Part shown: piece after piece, positions 21,394 through 30,967 of the stretch
How positions within the stretch are numbered: position 1 is the stretch's first letter
How the letters are laid out: each line of letters opens with the position of its first letter
Source of the DNA: Candidatus Poseidoniaceae archaeon
GTDB taxonomy: Archaea > Thermoplasmatota > Poseidoniia > Poseidoniales > Poseidoniaceae
DNA length: 64,000 nucleotides
Direction of reading: 5' to 3'
Assembly (NCBI GenBank): GCA_965662895.1
Contig: CBFIJH010000005.1
Coordinates: 1 to 64,000 of the forward strand
The notes under the pieces: model-generated
The model's input: the letters and a program-made list of their open reading frames with translations, nothing else
What the model was told of the DNA's origin: nothing
Database searches by the model: none
Program-made: the position numbers and the translations under genes

Positions 21394-21987
21394 ATGGCAG
21401 AATCTGGAGAAAATTACACTGCATTCAACAGTCGTGCACTGGTCGAGGTCGTCGGTGACGTGACGGATGAAGCGCTCAAAGCAACGAAAATCAAGCAACT
21501 TCTTTCTGTACTTGCTGGCCGATTTTTCAATTGGGGTGGCCGTAAATCACTCTTCACCCTCCATTTGGGAATCAAGTGTTGCGCCATTGAAATGGCTGCA
21601 GCAGCTACGCCCCGATTCGATGGTGACCGATTTGGTGTACTGTTCCGTTCATCGCCACGTCAATCCGATGTTCTTCTCGTCAACGGCCCAATAAGCAAGA
21701 AATTTGCTGACAAAGTGGTTCGTCTCTGGGAACAAATGCCCGAGCCCAAGTATTGCATTGCAATGGGTGAATGCGCCATCTCTGGTGGGCCGTATTTCCA
21801 ATCGTACAACATTCTCGAAGGCGTCGACACGGTCATCCCTGTGGATGTGTACATTCCTGGTTGCCCTCCTCGTCCTGAAGCACTGATTGATGGATTCGGA
21901 CTTCTTCGAGAGAAGATCATCCGAATTGGCGGCGCTCCAAGTACAGGCCGAGATGGCGAGAAGCCGGTTATTGTGGGAGAGGACTGA
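21394..21987 (+). CDS. nuoB: complex I subunit B
   Basis: KCCAIEM, SPRQSD, MGECAISGG, VDVYIPGCPPRPE. Confidence 0.97.
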   Translation: MAESGENYTAFNSRALVEVVGDVTDEALKATKIKQLLSVLAGRFFNWGGRKSLFTLHLGIKCCAIEMAAAATPRFDGDRFGVLFRSSPRQSDVLLVNGPISKKFADKVVRLWEQMPEPKYCIAMGECAISGGPYFQSYNILEGVDTVIPVDVYIPGCPPRPEALIDGFGLLREKIIRIGGAPSTGRDGEKPVIVGED

Positions 21988-21989
21988 AC

Positions 21990-22640
21990 ATGGGCATGAG
22001 CATCTCTGCTGAGCAAAATGCAGCAGCAGCTTCAGCTTTTGCTGAACAAGTTGAAAGCCAATTTGGCGGAAGCGGTGTTACCGTCTCAGTCGAACATCAT
22101 AGCAATGCAGCAAAGTATGCATTTGTCCGAATGTCGTGCCCTCCACAACACTGGATTGCCGTTGCAAAGTGGATGCGCTTCGATGGAGGGGTCAATTACT
22201 GTTCAATGATTACTGGGACGCATTATCCAGAAGGAAACGAACGAGGCTGGGGCGTTGCTTACCACTTCTTGCGGCAACCAATTCGAGACGTTGAACCGTT
22301 CACTTCGGATGTTCTCAAAGCGAATGAACTTGATGTTGCTTCAACCCCTCTTGAAATCGAGGTTCTCATCGATTTGCCTGCAGGCGATGCACCCGTTGTT
22401 CCGAGTGTTCAATCGATATGGGTTGGTGCGGATTGGAACGAAAAGGAAACGTGGGATCTCGTTGGTATTCGATTTGAAGGCCATGAAAACATGCATCGTG
22501 TCCTCAATCCTCACGACAGCCCTGAAGGATTTCACCCACTGCAAAAACAACATCAAATTCGATATCATGATTTCAATGAAATGTACGATGATGCACAAGG
22601 TTTTGCGCGTAAACCTGCGGACGAGGGCCGCGTAAAGTGA
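21990..22640 (+). CDS. nuoC: complex I subunit C
   Basis: GADWNEKETWDLVGIRFEGH...HPLQK. Confidence 0.92.
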   Translation: MGMSISAEQNAAAASAFAEQVESQFGGSGVTVSVEHHSNAAKYAFVRMSCPPQHWIAVAKWMRFDGGVNYCSMITGTHYPEGNERGWGVAYHFLRQPIRDVEPFTSDVLKANELDVASTPLEIEVLIDLPAGDAPVVPSVQSIWVGADWNEKETWDLVGIRFEGHENMHRVLNPHDSPEGFHPLQKQHQIRYHDFNEMYDDAQGFARKPADEGRVK

Positions 22641-22649
22641 GGTGAAAAG

Positions 22650-23789
22650 ATGGCACAAATGTGGATTACAATGGGCCCCCAGCATCCAATGACGCACGGG
22701 TTGTGGACACTTCGAGTAAAAGTCGACGGTGAAACCGTTGTTGATACTGAAGCGGAACTCGGCTACATCCATCGCGGCGTGGAAAAAATTGCAGAGGCGA
22801 GAGATTTCACCCAAGTCACCCCCTATTGCGACCGACTCTGCTATGTTAGTGCAATGACATGGTCAAATTCCTACATCTATGCTGCAGAGGATTTGCTTGA
22901 AGTCGAAGTCCCTGAGCGTGCTGAATTTATTCGTCTAATTGCAGCAGAACTTCAACGCCTGGCTTCCCATCTCATGTGGCTCGGTGCGTTCGGCCCAGAT
23001 ATTGGAAACCTCACGTTGATGACGTGGTGCATGCGCGACCGTGAGATGTTCCTTGACTTGTTGCAAGAACTCGGCGGTTCAAGAATGCACTACAACTATC
23101 CTCGTATTGGCGGCGTCAAGCGTGACCTTCCGGTTGGATTTGCTGACCGTGCTCGTGCCAAAATTAAGTTGTTCGAAAACCGTATCGATGAATACGAAAT
23201 GATGCTCGATGAGTCAACCATTTGGTTGGTCCGTCTTCAAGGGGTTGGCTATGCCCGTGCCGAAGATATGGTCAATGCAGGTGTTTCAGGTCCAAACGTT
23301 CGTGCTGCAGGTGTCAATTACGACGTGCGTTGGGCTCACCCCTACTCGGTTTACGACCAAGTTGATTGGGAGCCTGCTGTCGAAAAGCCAACCTCAGTAA
23401 AGGGAGCTGACTGTTACGATCGCTATCGTGTGCGCATGGAAGAGATGCGACAATCGTGCAGAATGACACTCGATGCTCTCGACAAAATTCCCGGTGGAGC
23501 CGACACACACTACAACACAGGCGATGAAATGATCATCTCGAAAGCACCAACGCGGGCCCCCGAAGGAGCGACTGGTTTCAGCAATTACGAATGCACACGC
23601 GGCGCCTCACAATTCTATATCCAAGGAGGTGGAGATGGCCGAGGTAAGAACCCATATCGTCTTTCTATACGTTCACCGATGTTCATCACAATTCCATATG
23701 TTGCAAAAACCATGATTGGATACAAGGTCGCTGACATTCCAGCCATCATGGGTAGTTTCGACCCTTGCATCGGAGAAACAGATCGTTAA
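22650..23789 (+). CDS. nuoD: complex I subunit D
   Basis: MGPQHPMTHG, GYIHRGVEK, DRLCY, GETDR. Confidence 0.97.
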   Translation: MAQMWITMGPQHPMTHGLWTLRVKVDGETVVDTEAELGYIHRGVEKIAEARDFTQVTPYCDRLCYVSAMTWSNSYIYAAEDLLEVEVPERAEFIRLIAAELQRLASHLMWLGAFGPDIGNLTLMTWCMRDREMFLDLLQELGGSRMHYNYPRIGGVKRDLPVGFADRARAKIKLFENRIDEYEMMLDESTIWLVRLQGVGYARAEDMVNAGVSGPNVRAAGVNYDVRWAHPYSVYDQVDWEPAVEKPTSVKGADCYDRYRVRMEEMRQSCRMTLDALDKIPGGADTHYNTGDEMIISKAPTRAPEGATGFSNYECTRGASQFYIQGGGDGRGKNPYRLSIRSPMFITIPYVAKTMIGYKVADIPAIMGSFDPCIGETDR

Positions 23790-23799
23790 GGTGATTTTG

Positions 23800-25308
23800 A
23801 TGGATGACAAGTATGATTTACGCAGCCTTCTTGTCGGGGAGGATAGTTTCGCTCACAAAACCATCACTTCACTTCTTGAAGGAACACCGCTTGAAGAGAG
23901 CTCTTCCGCTATCGCTTTTGGCGTTGGGACCTTTGCCGTCGTGAACATTGTTTTCCTCCTTCTTTTCTTCTCTCAATTCGCCATTCTGTGGATTGAGCGA
24001 AAAGCTGTTGCTCGAATGAACGATCGTCGCGGTGCAACAACTGCACTCCGCTCGCTCTGGGTCGGAGAAAACGGCGTTACGGCCGGTGCTTGGTGGACCA
24101 TGCTCCCATTCGGACTCGGTCGTCCAGTTGGAGCGCTCAACAAATGGCTCAACAACCGATTTGGAAATGCCTCCGAATACGAGACCGTTGATCGTGTCGG
24201 AAATCGTTCATGGATGGGTCTCAGTATCTTCCCCGGGTTCTTCCAAAACGTTGCTGACGGTATGAAGTTCCTCATCAAGGAACACATGGTTCCTCGTCGT
24301 GCAGACAAACTCATTTTTGAGGTATCACCGTTCCTTATTGTTTCCACAACGCTTCTGATTCTTGGAATGATTCCACTCTCAAGCGGAATTTACGCAACCA
24401 ACCCCGATCTTTCCATCCTCTACATCATTGCAATCTTTGGAATTGCACCGATTGGTGTCTTCTTTGCAGGCTGGTCTTCCAACAACAAGTACACACTCAT
24501 CGGTGGTATTCGTTCCGCAGCCCAACTTACTGCTTACGAAATTCCACTTCTGCTAACGCTACTTGCCGTTGCTATGCTCACAGGAACCTTCAACATCATT
24601 GAAAGCGTCCATTTCCAACATACAGCAGGTGCATGGAACATCTTCCTGATGCCGTTGGGCGGTGCATTGTTCCTCATTACGATGATTGCTGAAGTCGAGC
24701 GTGTGCCCTTTGACATGCCTGAGGCTGAGGCTGAACTTGTCGAAGGATGGTGGACTGAATACGGTGGCATGCGATTTGGTATGCTGTTCATGGCTGAATA
24801 CATTCGAACCTACGCCGCTTGTTTCCTCTTTACACATTTCTTCCTCGGCGGATGGCACCTTCCATTCCAGGGCATCATTGGAAGCATTCCATATCTCGGT
24901 GATGCCTACCTCTTGATTCCGGGCGCACTTGTTGTGCTGGTCAAAGCTTGGCTTGTCTTCCTCATCGTCTTCGTGTGGGCTCGTTTCTCTCTTGCTCGTA
25001 TTCGGACCGATCAAATCCTCGAATTTGGATGGCGAATGCTCTTGCCACTCGCAGTTTTGCAAGTCGTTCTCGCTGCAGTGTACCGACTCTACCTGTTTGA
25101 CTTGAGTGGAATGTCCAACACTGTTTACGGTGGAACGGCATGGGATGCGTTTGGAATACCATTCCTCGTTCCTGCTTTGACCACAATCTTGTGGCTTGCT
25201 ATCTTCTTCCTCTTGCTCAATGATACGGGCAAGAATGAACGCGCTGCACGTATGTACCACGTGCAAACGGTGCAACCCGCAGGTACACACACTCCTGGAC
25301 AGGACTGA
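23800..25308 (+). CDS. nuoH: complex I subunit H (elongated)
   Basis: WIERKAVARM, ADGMK, SNNKY, RVPFDMPEAEAELVEG, RIRTDQ; ATG 23800 after AGGTGA. Confidence 0.95.
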   Translation: MDDKYDLRSLLVGEDSFAHKTITSLLEGTPLEESSSAIAFGVGTFAVVNIVFLLLFFSQFAILWIERKAVARMNDRRGATTALRSLWVGENGVTAGAWWTMLPFGLGRPVGALNKWLNNRFGNASEYETVDRVGNRSWMGLSIFPGFFQNVADGMKFLIKEHMVPRRADKLIFEVSPFLIVSTTLLILGMIPLSSGIYATNPDLSILYIIAIFGIAPIGVFFAGWSSNNKYTLIGGIRSAAQLTAYEIPLLLTLLAVAMLTGTFNIIESVHFQHTAGAWNIFLMPLGGALFLITMIAEVERVPFDMPEAEAELVEGWWTEYGGMRFGMLFMAEYIRTYAACFLFTHFFLGGWHLPFQGIIGSIPYLGDAYLLIPGALVVLVKAWLVFLIVFVWARFSLARIRTDQILEFGWRMLLPLAVLQVVLAAVYRLYLFDLSGMSNTVYGGTAWDAFGIPFLVPALTTILWLAIFFLLLNDTGKNERAARMYHVQTVQPAGTHTPGQD

Positions 25309-25319
25309 GGTGAAGAAAC

Positions 25320-26303
25320 ATGCCTACACACCCTCAAGCAAAACCTAACTTCCGAAATCTGTTCTGGTATCCGTTCAAGATCACCTTGATTACGGCACTT
25401 CGAACATTCCCATTTTTGGGGCGTATGTTCCCTAAGAAACTGGGTATGGGATACCACAACACTTCGCACCCAGAGTTCCTCGATGATGCAAGCGAACATC
25501 GAGCGAAGAGTCGTGCAAAGTACAACGATATCTCAAAACAAGAATTTGCTCCAGACCGAGTGACGTCCGATCTTTTCCCAAGCCTCTGGAAGCCGCAGAC
25601 CGTCCAGTATCCATATGAACGTCTTGAGGATATGGAACCATGGCTCTTCGTTCCAGGAAATTACAACGGACGTATCGGTGTCATTTGGGAGACCTGTACT
25701 GCTTGTAAGATGTGCGTCAACATTTGTCCTAACGATTGTTTGCACATGACGACCGAACTTCGTGTCGACGTTCTTGACAATGCAGATGGCGAATACGATG
25801 GCTACGGTGCAGAACTCGAAGTTGGTGGTTATGCAGCCAAGTTCCGCGAAGAAGTGACGGAAGAACTCGAATCGTTCGATTTAATCACTGCACATTCCGC
25901 CCCTCCATCAGAATGGCGCTTTGCTCAGGTTCTCGATTTGTCTGGAGATACGGCTACAGTACGTTGGAATGATTCAGGTCAGGAAGAAGTCCTTGCGCAA
26001 TCAGACCTTCGAACAGCTGACGATCAAATCGTATCTGGGCGTATCGACATAGGACGCTGTATGTTCTGCGGTCTTTGCATGGAAGCATGTGGATTCACTT
26101 CCTTTTTCATGACCAATGAATACGACGGAATGTCCGGGTTTACTCGACAAGATCTTTGGTTCGATGCAAACCGGACACGTGTCCTCCCTTCGGTCCATCA
26201 AGAGGCTGTCGATGGCGAACTTGCAAAGCGTGCAACCAAGGAACGCGACAAGCGTGCAAAGAAGGCTGCAAAGGCTGCAAAGGCTGCCGAGGAAGGTGCC
26301 TGA
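25320..26303 (+). CDS. nuoI: complex I subunit I, 2x[4Fe-4S], with large insert
   Basis: CTACKMCVNICP and CMFCGLCMEAC; position in operon. Confidence 0.9.
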   Translation: MPTHPQAKPNFRNLFWYPFKITLITALRTFPFLGRMFPKKLGMGYHNTSHPEFLDDASEHRAKSRAKYNDISKQEFAPDRVTSDLFPSLWKPQTVQYPYERLEDMEPWLFVPGNYNGRIGVIWETCTACKMCVNICPNDCLHMTTELRVDVLDNADGEYDGYGAELEVGGYAAKFREEVTEELESFDLITAHSAPPSEWRFAQVLDLSGDTATVRWNDSGQEEVLAQSDLRTADDQIVSGRIDIGRCMFCGLCMEACGFTSFFMTNEYDGMSGFTRQDLWFDANRTRVLPSVHQEAVDGELAKRATKERDKRAKKAAKAAKAAEEGA

Positions 26304-26304
26304 A

Positions 26305-26580
26305 ATGGATGTTGCCTCTACCACTGAGACAATTATCTTCTTTGTTTTTGCGACGATTACCATCCTTGGTGCGTTGGGGCTCATCTATGCGCAGCGAGTT
26401 GCGCACTCGATGCTTTCATTGATTTTCTGTTTCATGGCCGTTTCCGGAATTTTCATCCTCCTTGGTGCTGAATTCCTTGCAGCCATTCAGATTCTGGTTT
26501 ACTTGGCCAGTGTAGGGTTGGTTGTCCTGTTTGGTATTATGCTGACCCGTCGACAAATTCAGGAGGAGGATTTTGAATGA
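26305..26580 (+). CDS. nuoJ: complex I subunit J, N-terminal half
   Basis: GAEFLAAIQILVY...VLFGIML. Confidence 0.88.
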   Translation: MDVASTTETIIFFVFATITILGALGLIYAQRVAHSMLSLIFCFMAVSGIFILLGAEFLAAIQILVYLASVGLVVLFGIMLTRRQIQEEDFE

Positions 26581-26843
26581 GATTGATGTCCACATTGACC
26601 CGAGTTGGTTTGATTTTCCTTGCAGGTGCAATGATTACGGTTCTTGGAACGGCAGAACTGTGGGATGAAGAGCCAAAGGAGGTCACAACCCTCGACCTTG
26701 CGGAAACAATGCTCGATGATTGGGCCATGCCACTGTTGGTCCTTGGCGTATTGATGGCTATGGCGATGATCGGTGCTGCGTACCTTGTTCGTGACGAACG
26801 TCGTGAAAATCTGGAATGGGAACAACGAGGTGAAGACGCATGA
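26577..26843 (+). CDS. nuoJ: complex I subunit J, C-terminal half
   Basis: LAETMLDDWAMPLLVLGVLMAMAMIGA; ATGA overlaps at both ends. Confidence 0.8.
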   Translation: MRLMSTLTRVGLIFLAGAMITVLGTAELWDEEPKEVTTLDLAETMLDDWAMPLLVLGVLMAMAMIGAAYLVRDERRENLEWEQRGEDA

Positions 26844-27142
26844 TTGATCCAGCATGGGTAAGCGTTCTTTCCGCTATACTGTTCATCATTGGTGTTTGGG
26901 GCGCTTTTACTCGAAAGAATGCCATTATCGTCTTGATGTGTCTTGAATTGATCCTTAATGCTGCCAACCTCCAATTCGTTGCAGCAGCCATCCAGCACGG
27001 TGATGCGACTGGATGGGTTTACGCAATCTTTGCCATTGCCATTGCAGCTTCTGAAGTTGCGATTGGTTTGGCCATCTTCCTTGCCATGTACGGCCAACAC
27101 GAAACGATTTCACTCGATGATGTGAATCTCTTGAAACACTGA
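26840..27142 (+). CDS. nuoK: complex I subunit K
   Basis: RKNAIIVLMCLELILNAANL, AASEVAIGLAI. Confidence 0.95.
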   Translation: MIDPAWVSVLSAILFIIGVWGAFTRKNAIIVLMCLELILNAANLQFVAAAIQHGDATGWVYAIFAIAIAASEVAIGLAIFLAMYGQHETISLDDVNLLKH

Positions 27143-27151
27143 GGTGATGAA

Positions 27152-29407
27152 ATGGGTGGTACATCAGAAACAATCAGTTCAACATTTATCGAATATGCGA
27201 TTTTCATCGTTCTTTTACCGATGCTTGCATTCCCAATCATTCTTTTCCTTGGGCACATCTTCAATGGAAACCAAACATGGGTCAAGTCGGCAAAGGAAGG
27301 GGGGCTTATCGCGCTTCCAATCATGGTTGCAAGCTTTGTTCTCTCCATGCTCCTCATTTCGGAATTCATTGGAAAAGGAACAGGAGCGCACCACATTGGC
27401 GATTGGCTCTCGTTTGGGTGGATGAGTGCTGATGGTATGACCATCAATGAGAAGGTCTTCGGAGTTGGCATATACATCGATCACGTTACAGTGATGTTGC
27501 TGTTCATTGCATCGTTCCTGTGCATGCTCATCAATATCTTCAGCATTGGATACATGAACACCGACCCGATCAACGACAATCGAAATCATCGCTTCTATGC
27601 TGAATTCGTTTTGTTCTGTTCAGGTATGCTCGGCATGGTGCTGGCAGATTCGTTTCTGTGGTTGTTCATCTTTTGGGAATTGATGGGTCTCTGTTCCTAT
27701 CTTCTCATCGGATTCTATTACGAGAAGCCAAGTGCAGCCTATGCAGCAAAGAAGGCATTTCTGACCACACGTGTCGGTGACGTTTTCCTCGTCATTGGAT
27801 TGGTTATGCTTTGGAACCTGTTTGACTCTCTTGACTACGCTGTTGTGTTCAATGAGGATCTCATTGCAACGGTTGACCCAGGGCAACTTCAAATTGCTCT
27901 TGGAATGATGTTCATTGGTGCCGTCGGTAAATCCGCACAATTCCCGCTCCACGTTTGGCTTCCAGATGCGATGGAAGGGCCAACACCAGTATCCGCTCTC
28001 ATCCACGCTGCAACCATGGTCAATGCTGGCCTGTACCTTGTCGCACGCATGTTCCCATTCTTCGGTGCAGAAGCAATGCATGGTGAATTGGTCGATCTTG
28101 CATTCATCATCGCCGCAATTGGTGGTATCACTGCCGTTATGGCTGCAGCGATTGCGTTTGTTCAGGATGATTTGAAGAAGGTTCTCGCCTATTCAACAAT
28201 GAGTCAACTTGCTTACATCTTTACCGGTCTCGGTGCAGCGCTATGGCTTGCCAATTCACTCGATTGGCATCACGACAGCAAGGCCCACGACATCGTAGTC
28301 GTTGCCTTCGGTGCAGCACTCTTCCATCTTTTCAACCACGCAATGGCAAAGGGAATGCTGTTTATGGCGAGTGGTTCCGTCATTCATGAAATGCATCATG
28401 CACATCACGATTTGCATCATCATAATGACCACGATGACGAACATCACGATGACCATCATGACGACCATTTCGATGCTCAATCCATGGAAAACATGGGTGG
28501 GCTCGCATCCAAGATGCCAATCACCGCTACGGCGATGCTGGTCGGTTCAGCCTCGATCATGGGATTGCCACTCATCGGAGGATTTTGGTCCAAGGAGGGT
28601 ATCATTGCAAACGCTTGGCGTGTTGCTTTGGAAGATCCACGTTTCTTCCTCCCAGCTGCATGTGTCCTTATCGGTGCAGCAATGACTGGATTCTACATGT
28701 CACGAATGTGGCTGAAAACGTTTGCAGGCAAGCCAAAGACCGAAGTTGCGGAAAACGTCCACGAGCACACACCATGGATTCCAATCCCGTTGGTTACTCT
28801 TACATTCGTTTCACTTTCGAGCGTTGTTCTTGCTGGAATGATGTTTACGCATTGGGCTGGCGAACCTGGCTCGACGTATGCATTCTTTGGCAAGAAAGGT
28901 CTGCTTGAAGGCCTCATTTACGAGTTTGAACACGTCTTTGCCAATGACAAGCCGTTCTTCTTTGTCTTGACCTACGTTGCCATCTTCATCGGTGCAATCG
29001 TTGGGCCTGGTCTTGCAATGGCACTTTATGGTGGTTCACTCAATGATGGAGAGAAAGCCAAGCCATGGATGCAACCGATCATCAACCTCTCCTCTCGAGT
29101 CAACGCAAAGCGTGGTTTCGACAACAGTGCATGGGCGGACTCAGGGCTCTCAAATGCGCTCAAGGAACGACTGTACTTCGATAAGTGGTACGATGCGGCT
29201 ATGCTCAAACTGGTTGCAGGTTTTGCCAACATTAGTGCAGCCTTCGACCGCAACGTTGTTGACGGAACCATCAAAACCATTGAATCAACCTCTCAGAAAA
29301 TTTCCTTCCAAGTACGGCGCTTGACGACTGGCTCAGCACGTGATTACATTATGATGGCGGCCTTAGGCGTCCTTGTCATCTATTTGCTCTTGGGGGTGAT
29401 GATTTGA
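27152..29407 (+). CDS. nuoL: complex I subunit L
   Basis: FWELMGLCSYLLIGF, GKSAQFPLHVWLPDAMEGPTPVSALIHAATMV, LAYSTMSQL. Confidence 0.97.
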   Translation: MGGTSETISSTFIEYAIFIVLLPMLAFPIILFLGHIFNGNQTWVKSAKEGGLIALPIMVASFVLSMLLISEFIGKGTGAHHIGDWLSFGWMSADGMTINEKVFGVGIYIDHVTVMLLFIASFLCMLINIFSIGYMNTDPINDNRNHRFYAEFVLFCSGMLGMVLADSFLWLFIFWELMGLCSYLLIGFYYEKPSAAYAAKKAFLTTRVGDVFLVIGLVMLWNLFDSLDYAVVFNEDLIATVDPGQLQIALGMMFIGAVGKSAQFPLHVWLPDAMEGPTPVSALIHAATMVNAGLYLVARMFPFFGAEAMHGELVDLAFIIAAIGGITAVMAAAIAFVQDDLKKVLAYSTMSQLAYIFTGLGAALWLANSLDWHHDSKAHDIVVVAFGAALFHLFNHAMAKGMLFMASGSVIHEMHHAHHDLHHHNDHDDEHHDDHHDDHFDAQSMENMGGLASKMPITATAMLVGSASIMGLPLIGGFWSKEGIIANAWRVALEDPRFFLPAACVLIGAAMTGFYMSRMWLKTFAGKPKTEVAENVHEHTPWIPIPLVTLTFVSLSSVVLAGMMFTHWAGEPGSTYAFFGKKGLLEGLIYEFEHVFANDKPFFFVLTYVAIFIGAIVGPGLAMALYGGSLNDGEKAKPWMQPIINLSSRVNAKRGFDNSAWADSGLSNALKERLYFDKWYDAAMLKLVAGFANISAAFDRNVVDGTIKTIESTSQKISFQVRRLTTGSARDYIMMAALGVLVIYLLLGVMI

Positions 29408-30966
29408 ACATTGATTACCTCTCATTGATGGTTGTTCTTCCAATTCTAGCAAGCATTTTCCTGCTGATTTTGACGTCTCGTCTCAACCCAGAAGCACGTG
29501 CAAAATTTGACGCTCCTGTGCGCATGGCAGCATTCCTTATTTCCTTGGCAATGTTCGTTCTTGCAACATTGATGTTCTTGGGACAAATCGGTGATGTTGG
29601 ATGGAACGATATTGCCTTCAATAATTTTGAATTTAAAGAATCCTATGTTTGGATCGAACAACTTGGTATCACCTGGACGGTCGGTGTTGACGGGCTTTCC
29701 TTCCCAATGGTCTGGCTGACAACCCTCTTGATGCCAATCACCATCATTGCAACATGGAACGAGAAGTCTGGTGCAACCTACTTCCCACTCATGCTCATGC
29801 TCGGTGGTGCACTTATCGGTGTCTTCGTCGCTCTTGACATGTTCATGTTTTACGTCTTCTGGGAATTGACCCTTATTCCTATGTTCTTCATGATTCTGAA
29901 GTGGGGTGGAAAGGACAGAAAGTATGCTGCTCAGAAGTTCTTCATCTACACGTTCACAGCATCCGTCATTATGCTTCTCGGCCTGTTGACGATGTACTTC
30001 TTGATGGATACGCAAACCTTCAGCATGCAAGAGATGGTTGTACAAGCTAGCGGTGCAAACGCAAGCGGTGTCTGGCTCGGTCTCGAAGTTCAGAAGGTTC
30101 TGTTCATCATGCTGATGCTTGGATTCCTCGTCAAACTTCCAGCAGCACCGTTTCATACGTGGCTCCCTGATGCGCACGTTCAAGCACCAACTGGAGGATC
30201 GATGATGCTAGCAGGTGTGATGCTGAAGATGGGTGCCTACGGTATGTTCCGATTACCCATCTCTCTGTTCCCACATGCACTGGAAGAGTTCCAATTCATC
30301 ATCATGATGATCGGATTGGTTTCATTGGTTTGGGGAGCCATCGTCTGTCTTGGACAAACCAACCTCAAGAAGATGGTCGCCTATTCCTCTGTTTCGCACA
30401 TGGGTGTCATCCTACTGGGCATTGCCAGCATGCAACCACTTGGATGGGCAGCTGCACTCTTCATGATGTTCGCTCACGGTATCATCAGCCCAATGCTTTT
30501 CGCTGTCTGCGGTGCATTCAAGCATCATTATCACAGCATGGAAATTGGAGCCATGCGAGGTATGGCAAAACACTCACCATGGCTCGCAACGAGCATGATG
30601 TTCGGATGGATGGCCTCGCTTGGTCTTCCACTCCTTGCTGGTTTCGTTGCTGAATTGATGCTGATGGTTGCCTACTGGTACGCCTATGGCTGGTGGATTA
30701 TCTTCCCTGGTCTTGTTCTCGCTATCACAGCAGCCTACTACCTCTGGTCGATGCAGCGAACCATCTTCGAGGGTGGAGATGAGACGCAACCCCCTGAAAC
30801 TCTGCATGGTGAGCCTGTGCCCGACATCGATAATTCAGAAAAGATTGCAATGCTTCTCCTTGCAGCCTTTACCATTCTCTTCGGTATCATGCCATGGATT
30901 TTCCTCGATATGATGGACATGTGGACAAGGAGTGCTATGACGTTCCTTGGATTAGGAGGTATCTGA
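29404..30966 (+). CDS. nuoM: complex I subunit M
   Basis: FYVFWE, PFHTWLPDAHVQAPT, AYSSVSHMG. Confidence 0.97.
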   Translation: MNIDYLSLMVVLPILASIFLLILTSRLNPEARAKFDAPVRMAAFLISLAMFVLATLMFLGQIGDVGWNDIAFNNFEFKESYVWIEQLGITWTVGVDGLSFPMVWLTTLLMPITIIATWNEKSGATYFPLMLMLGGALIGVFVALDMFMFYVFWELTLIPMFFMILKWGGKDRKYAAQKFFIYTFTASVIMLLGLLTMYFLMDTQTFSMQEMVVQASGANASGVWLGLEVQKVLFIMLMLGFLVKLPAAPFHTWLPDAHVQAPTGGSMMLAGVMLKMGAYGMFRLPISLFPHALEEFQFIIMMIGLVSLVWGAIVCLGQTNLKKMVAYSSVSHMGVILLGIASMQPLGWAAALFMMFAHGIISPMLFAVCGAFKHHYHSMEIGAMRGMAKHSPWLATSMMFGWMASLGLPLLAGFVAELMLMVAYWYAYGWWIIFPGLVLAITAAYYLWSMQRTIFEGGDETQPPETLHGEPVPDIDNSEKIAMLLLAAFTILFGIMPWIFLDMMDMWTRSAMTFLGLGGI

Positions 30967-30967
30967 A

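Noticed and set aside
26305-26843. Frameshifted nuoJ pseudogene
   Set aside because: Second half has its own GGAGG SD and ATGA coupling; split J is established in archaeal complex I-like operons
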